Assembly (NCBI RefSeq): GCF_009914755.1
Contig: NC_060942.1
From: the human T2T-CHM13v2.0 reference genome, Homo sapiens
Strand: one strand, 5' to 3'
DNA length: 64,000 nucleotides
Part shown: positions 60,743 to 64,000 of the stretch, one piece after another
How positions within the stretch are numbered: the stretch's first letter is position 1
How the letters are laid out: each line of letters begins with the position of its first letter
Translations under genes and position numbers: made by a program
Notes under the pieces: generated by a model
Database searches by the model: none
What the model was told of the DNA's origin: nothing
The model's input: only the letters and a program-made list of their open reading frames with translations

Positions 60743-61899
60743 GGGAATAGCCTTTCCTTTGGAAAAATCTGGAAGAAGGGCCATTGGATAGAAGGTCAAG
60801 ACATAACAGGGTCAAGGGAAAGCATTATATTGCTTTTATTTCTGAGTATGTTTCTGACCAGAGGGGAAAAAAGAGGTAAAGAAATGGTAATTACAGATGT
60901 CAGATACTACCCCTAAACAAAGAGAAAAAAAGTGTTGGGAAAATTGATTTTAAGAGATGTTGAATGGGAAGAATCAAGACTACAGACGTAGACATTATTT
61001 TGGCTAAGGAAGAGGGATTGTGAGGCAGGACACGGGATAAGAGAGAAGATAGCCAGGCAACTTTCGAGTTTCTGAATAGGATATTTGAGTGAATTCACTT
61101 CAGATGCATTTAGAATATTTCTGTTAAATGAATATATTGATTTTCTGCCTCATGGCTCTCAGTACTCCTTGGACCTTTAATTCCATGAAATGTGGGAAAT
61201 TTAGGTTACTTACAGCAATCATTTTTCCTAGAAATGTCTAATGTTTCTCCAAGGAGGCCCAAGTTGATTCTGAAGCTATTGTTGCATTGAGGAAAGACTA
61301 TCTCATTGTAATTAAAGCAGCTTTTAATTTATATGCAGTACAAGTTCTTTAAGCTTATTTATTTAAAACGCATTCACACCAAATATACTGTCATGGCATA
61401 TTGAAATTTCAAAGGGTTGAACATATATTTCCTAATATCAAAAAGTTAATTTCTTGAAGAATCTTACTTATTGATAATGTTTTTTGAAGAACTGTGTAAT
61501 AAAGATTGCTTAGTCAATCAAACTAAGTAATACTAAAAAATAAAAACAGAGAGAATTGAGAGATGATAAGTAATTAAAGTTATCTGAGTGAATAGCAAAT
61601 TTCAGACATAGTGTGTTTCATGGGAGAAGAGGATATTATTTCTTTTGTGAGGAAATAATTAATACAAATTAGTCAATTTTTATTGCTTTTTGCATTCTAA
61701 TGAATATAAAGTTAATTTTTAGATTTTTAAGATTGTAGTTCTAACCAATTGACTATAGAAGTGGTGGTTGTTATTCAATAGAATATACAGGCTCCAGAAG
61801 AAAGTCCACAGATTCATGAATGAAAATAGATTTGTATATGTTTTTAAAATTTATAATAAGGAATGCTCTCATGAATGTATCTGTGATTAACATTTTTAG

Positions 61900-61961
61900 A
61901 TCAGATGTTGCCATCAGAATCCAAACGAGAGGAAGATGAAGAATATTCTTGGGATTCTGGG
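61900..61961 (+). CDS. ANKRD30B: ANKRD30B exon 11 (DQMLPSESKREEDEEYSWDSG); gene continues beyond window
   Basis: Acceptor catttttag|AT, donor GGG|GTATTG, 62 nt. Frame still open at codon 494. Confidence 0.9.
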
Positions 61962-62102
61962 GTATTGTGTATTATTGCTGTTATTATTCTCTAAAAATAT
62001 TAATATTGAGTGATGTGAAAATGCAAAATCAGAGGCTTTGACTTGGTTCTCTTACCACTGCATATGCTCAGAAGAAATTCTGATATTTCTAAAAACATAC
62101 TT

Positions 62103-62398
<296 letters not shown>

Positions 62399-63098
62399 TT
62401 AAAAAAAATCTATGTGGTAAGTAGATTACTGCTTAATGGTGAAATTCTACTAATTTGCAGAATGAGTTTTAAACACTAGTGTAGTATAGTATAAAAAATA
62501 AGGCTTAGAATTCACCAGTAATTCACAAGTTCTGAGGTGAAATTTGGCCAAAAATTAAAGAATTACTCTGAGTCCACCTGTGGGCAAATATATGATTCAG
62601 TGGTATATCTAGATGTACAAAAGTTCTAATTGGATTAATAGAAAAACAGTTTAAGCTGCAGTTTTGTACAACTTGAAACATGAAAAGATAATGCTTTGGA
62701 CTTGAACTTATTGACATACGTGTATTGTCCAGTATAGATCTGAAGGAACATTTCAGGAGAAAAATATGCATAAAGAATAGGAAACCAGTGGGACAATTTG
62801 TTTGAGTAGTGTTTTAAAAAGTAGAAATTATTTTTATAAATAGAACTCTTTGGGTCCGTTTGTGGTAGCCATGCTTATAGCAACATAAGTATCAAATAAT
62901 AATGATGTGTAGTCCAAGGTCACAACTGTGGAAAGACACAGGAAGTGTCTGACCTCTTACATCCAAGCCCCTGCTGCACAGTGGTAACAGAAATGAGATG
63001 TCAATAGACAAGTAGATTTTATCTAATTTGTCCATAGACCAAAAAAAAGACTTTTTCTAATATTTGTCTGCTTTCATTTAAACATAACATAAACATAA

Positions 63099-63453
<355 letters not shown>

Positions 63454-63550
63454 GACTTATTCTTAACATTCTCTTTATGCCATGCATCATTTTTAACACT
63501 AAATAATTCTATAATCATGAATATTTTCCATGTTTAATGCAGTATGTATT

Positions 63551-64000
63551 TGCGGCAGCACTCCTCTCCAGGAGGCACCAGCTGCAGGGAGTCTGTCCCT
63601 TGCAGACCCCTGACCCAGGGAAAGATGAATAAAGTACATTGACACACAGATATTCTGCTCTGCCAGTCCAGCTGAGAGTGTCCGTGTGGCTTACAGACTC
63701 CCTGCTGAGTTCTGTGAACAGTTGCCACTATGGCCCTGATCAGCTAGTCAGACTCGCATTTATTCAGTAAGATAATAATTAACAAAAGCTTGAGTCAACA
63801 CCATTAGAGGTTAATTGACATTGTGGACTTCCCAAGTAAAAAGCACTTAAGCACCTGTGGTACATCAAAGGTTAGTCTTAAGATTATATGAGTAAACTAG
63901 CTAGCTAGGTAAACTACTCTGCCTTCCTTTATGACTATTTTAATTTGTTTAACGAAAGGTAAAGATCAGGTTGCCTTCAACCATATCCATTACCAAAGTT
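63551..64000 (-). mobile_element. Second LTR22-family LTR, truncated by the window end
   Basis: Shares motifs with 43113-43608 (GCATTTATT, TTGAGTCAACA, AGTCTTAAGA, ATGAGTAAAC, TAAACTACTCT). Starts with TG at 63551. Confidence 0.75.

Overview
Human (or close primate) genomic DNA, rich in interspersed repeats, with no prokaryotic features. The main content is the promoter and first 11 coding exons of ANKRD30B (NY-BR-1.1; ANKRD30/POTE/ANKRD26 superfamily) on the + strand, from the ATG at 30349 to the exon 11 donor at 61961. I spliced the exons by hand (221+115+174+107+138+65+405+31+73+91+62 = 1482 nt). All junctions are GT-AG and phase-compatible, giving an open 494-aa N-terminal part: 5-6 ankyrin repeats, a 33-nt/11-aa tandem-repeat exon, then the start of a repeated small-exon module. 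The gene continues past the window end. The upstream 29 kb appears non-coding: an Alu-dense block (1-8.7 kb), an AT-rich Alu-poor block (9-22 kb) and an Alu cluster next to a CpG-island promoter. I found no convincing new biological system. The best second-look items are a TSD-flanked U6 chimeric retrocopy, an L1 with an 11-nt twin-priming micro-inversion, two old intragenic duplications, cryptic splice architectures (5'UTR mini-intron, intron 8 exon pair/microexon), a palindrome with MYB-like sites at the promoter, and an inverted Alu pair abutting the exon 10 acceptor. Repeat family names come from recalled consensus sequences, and their edges are approximate unless a TSD is quoted.
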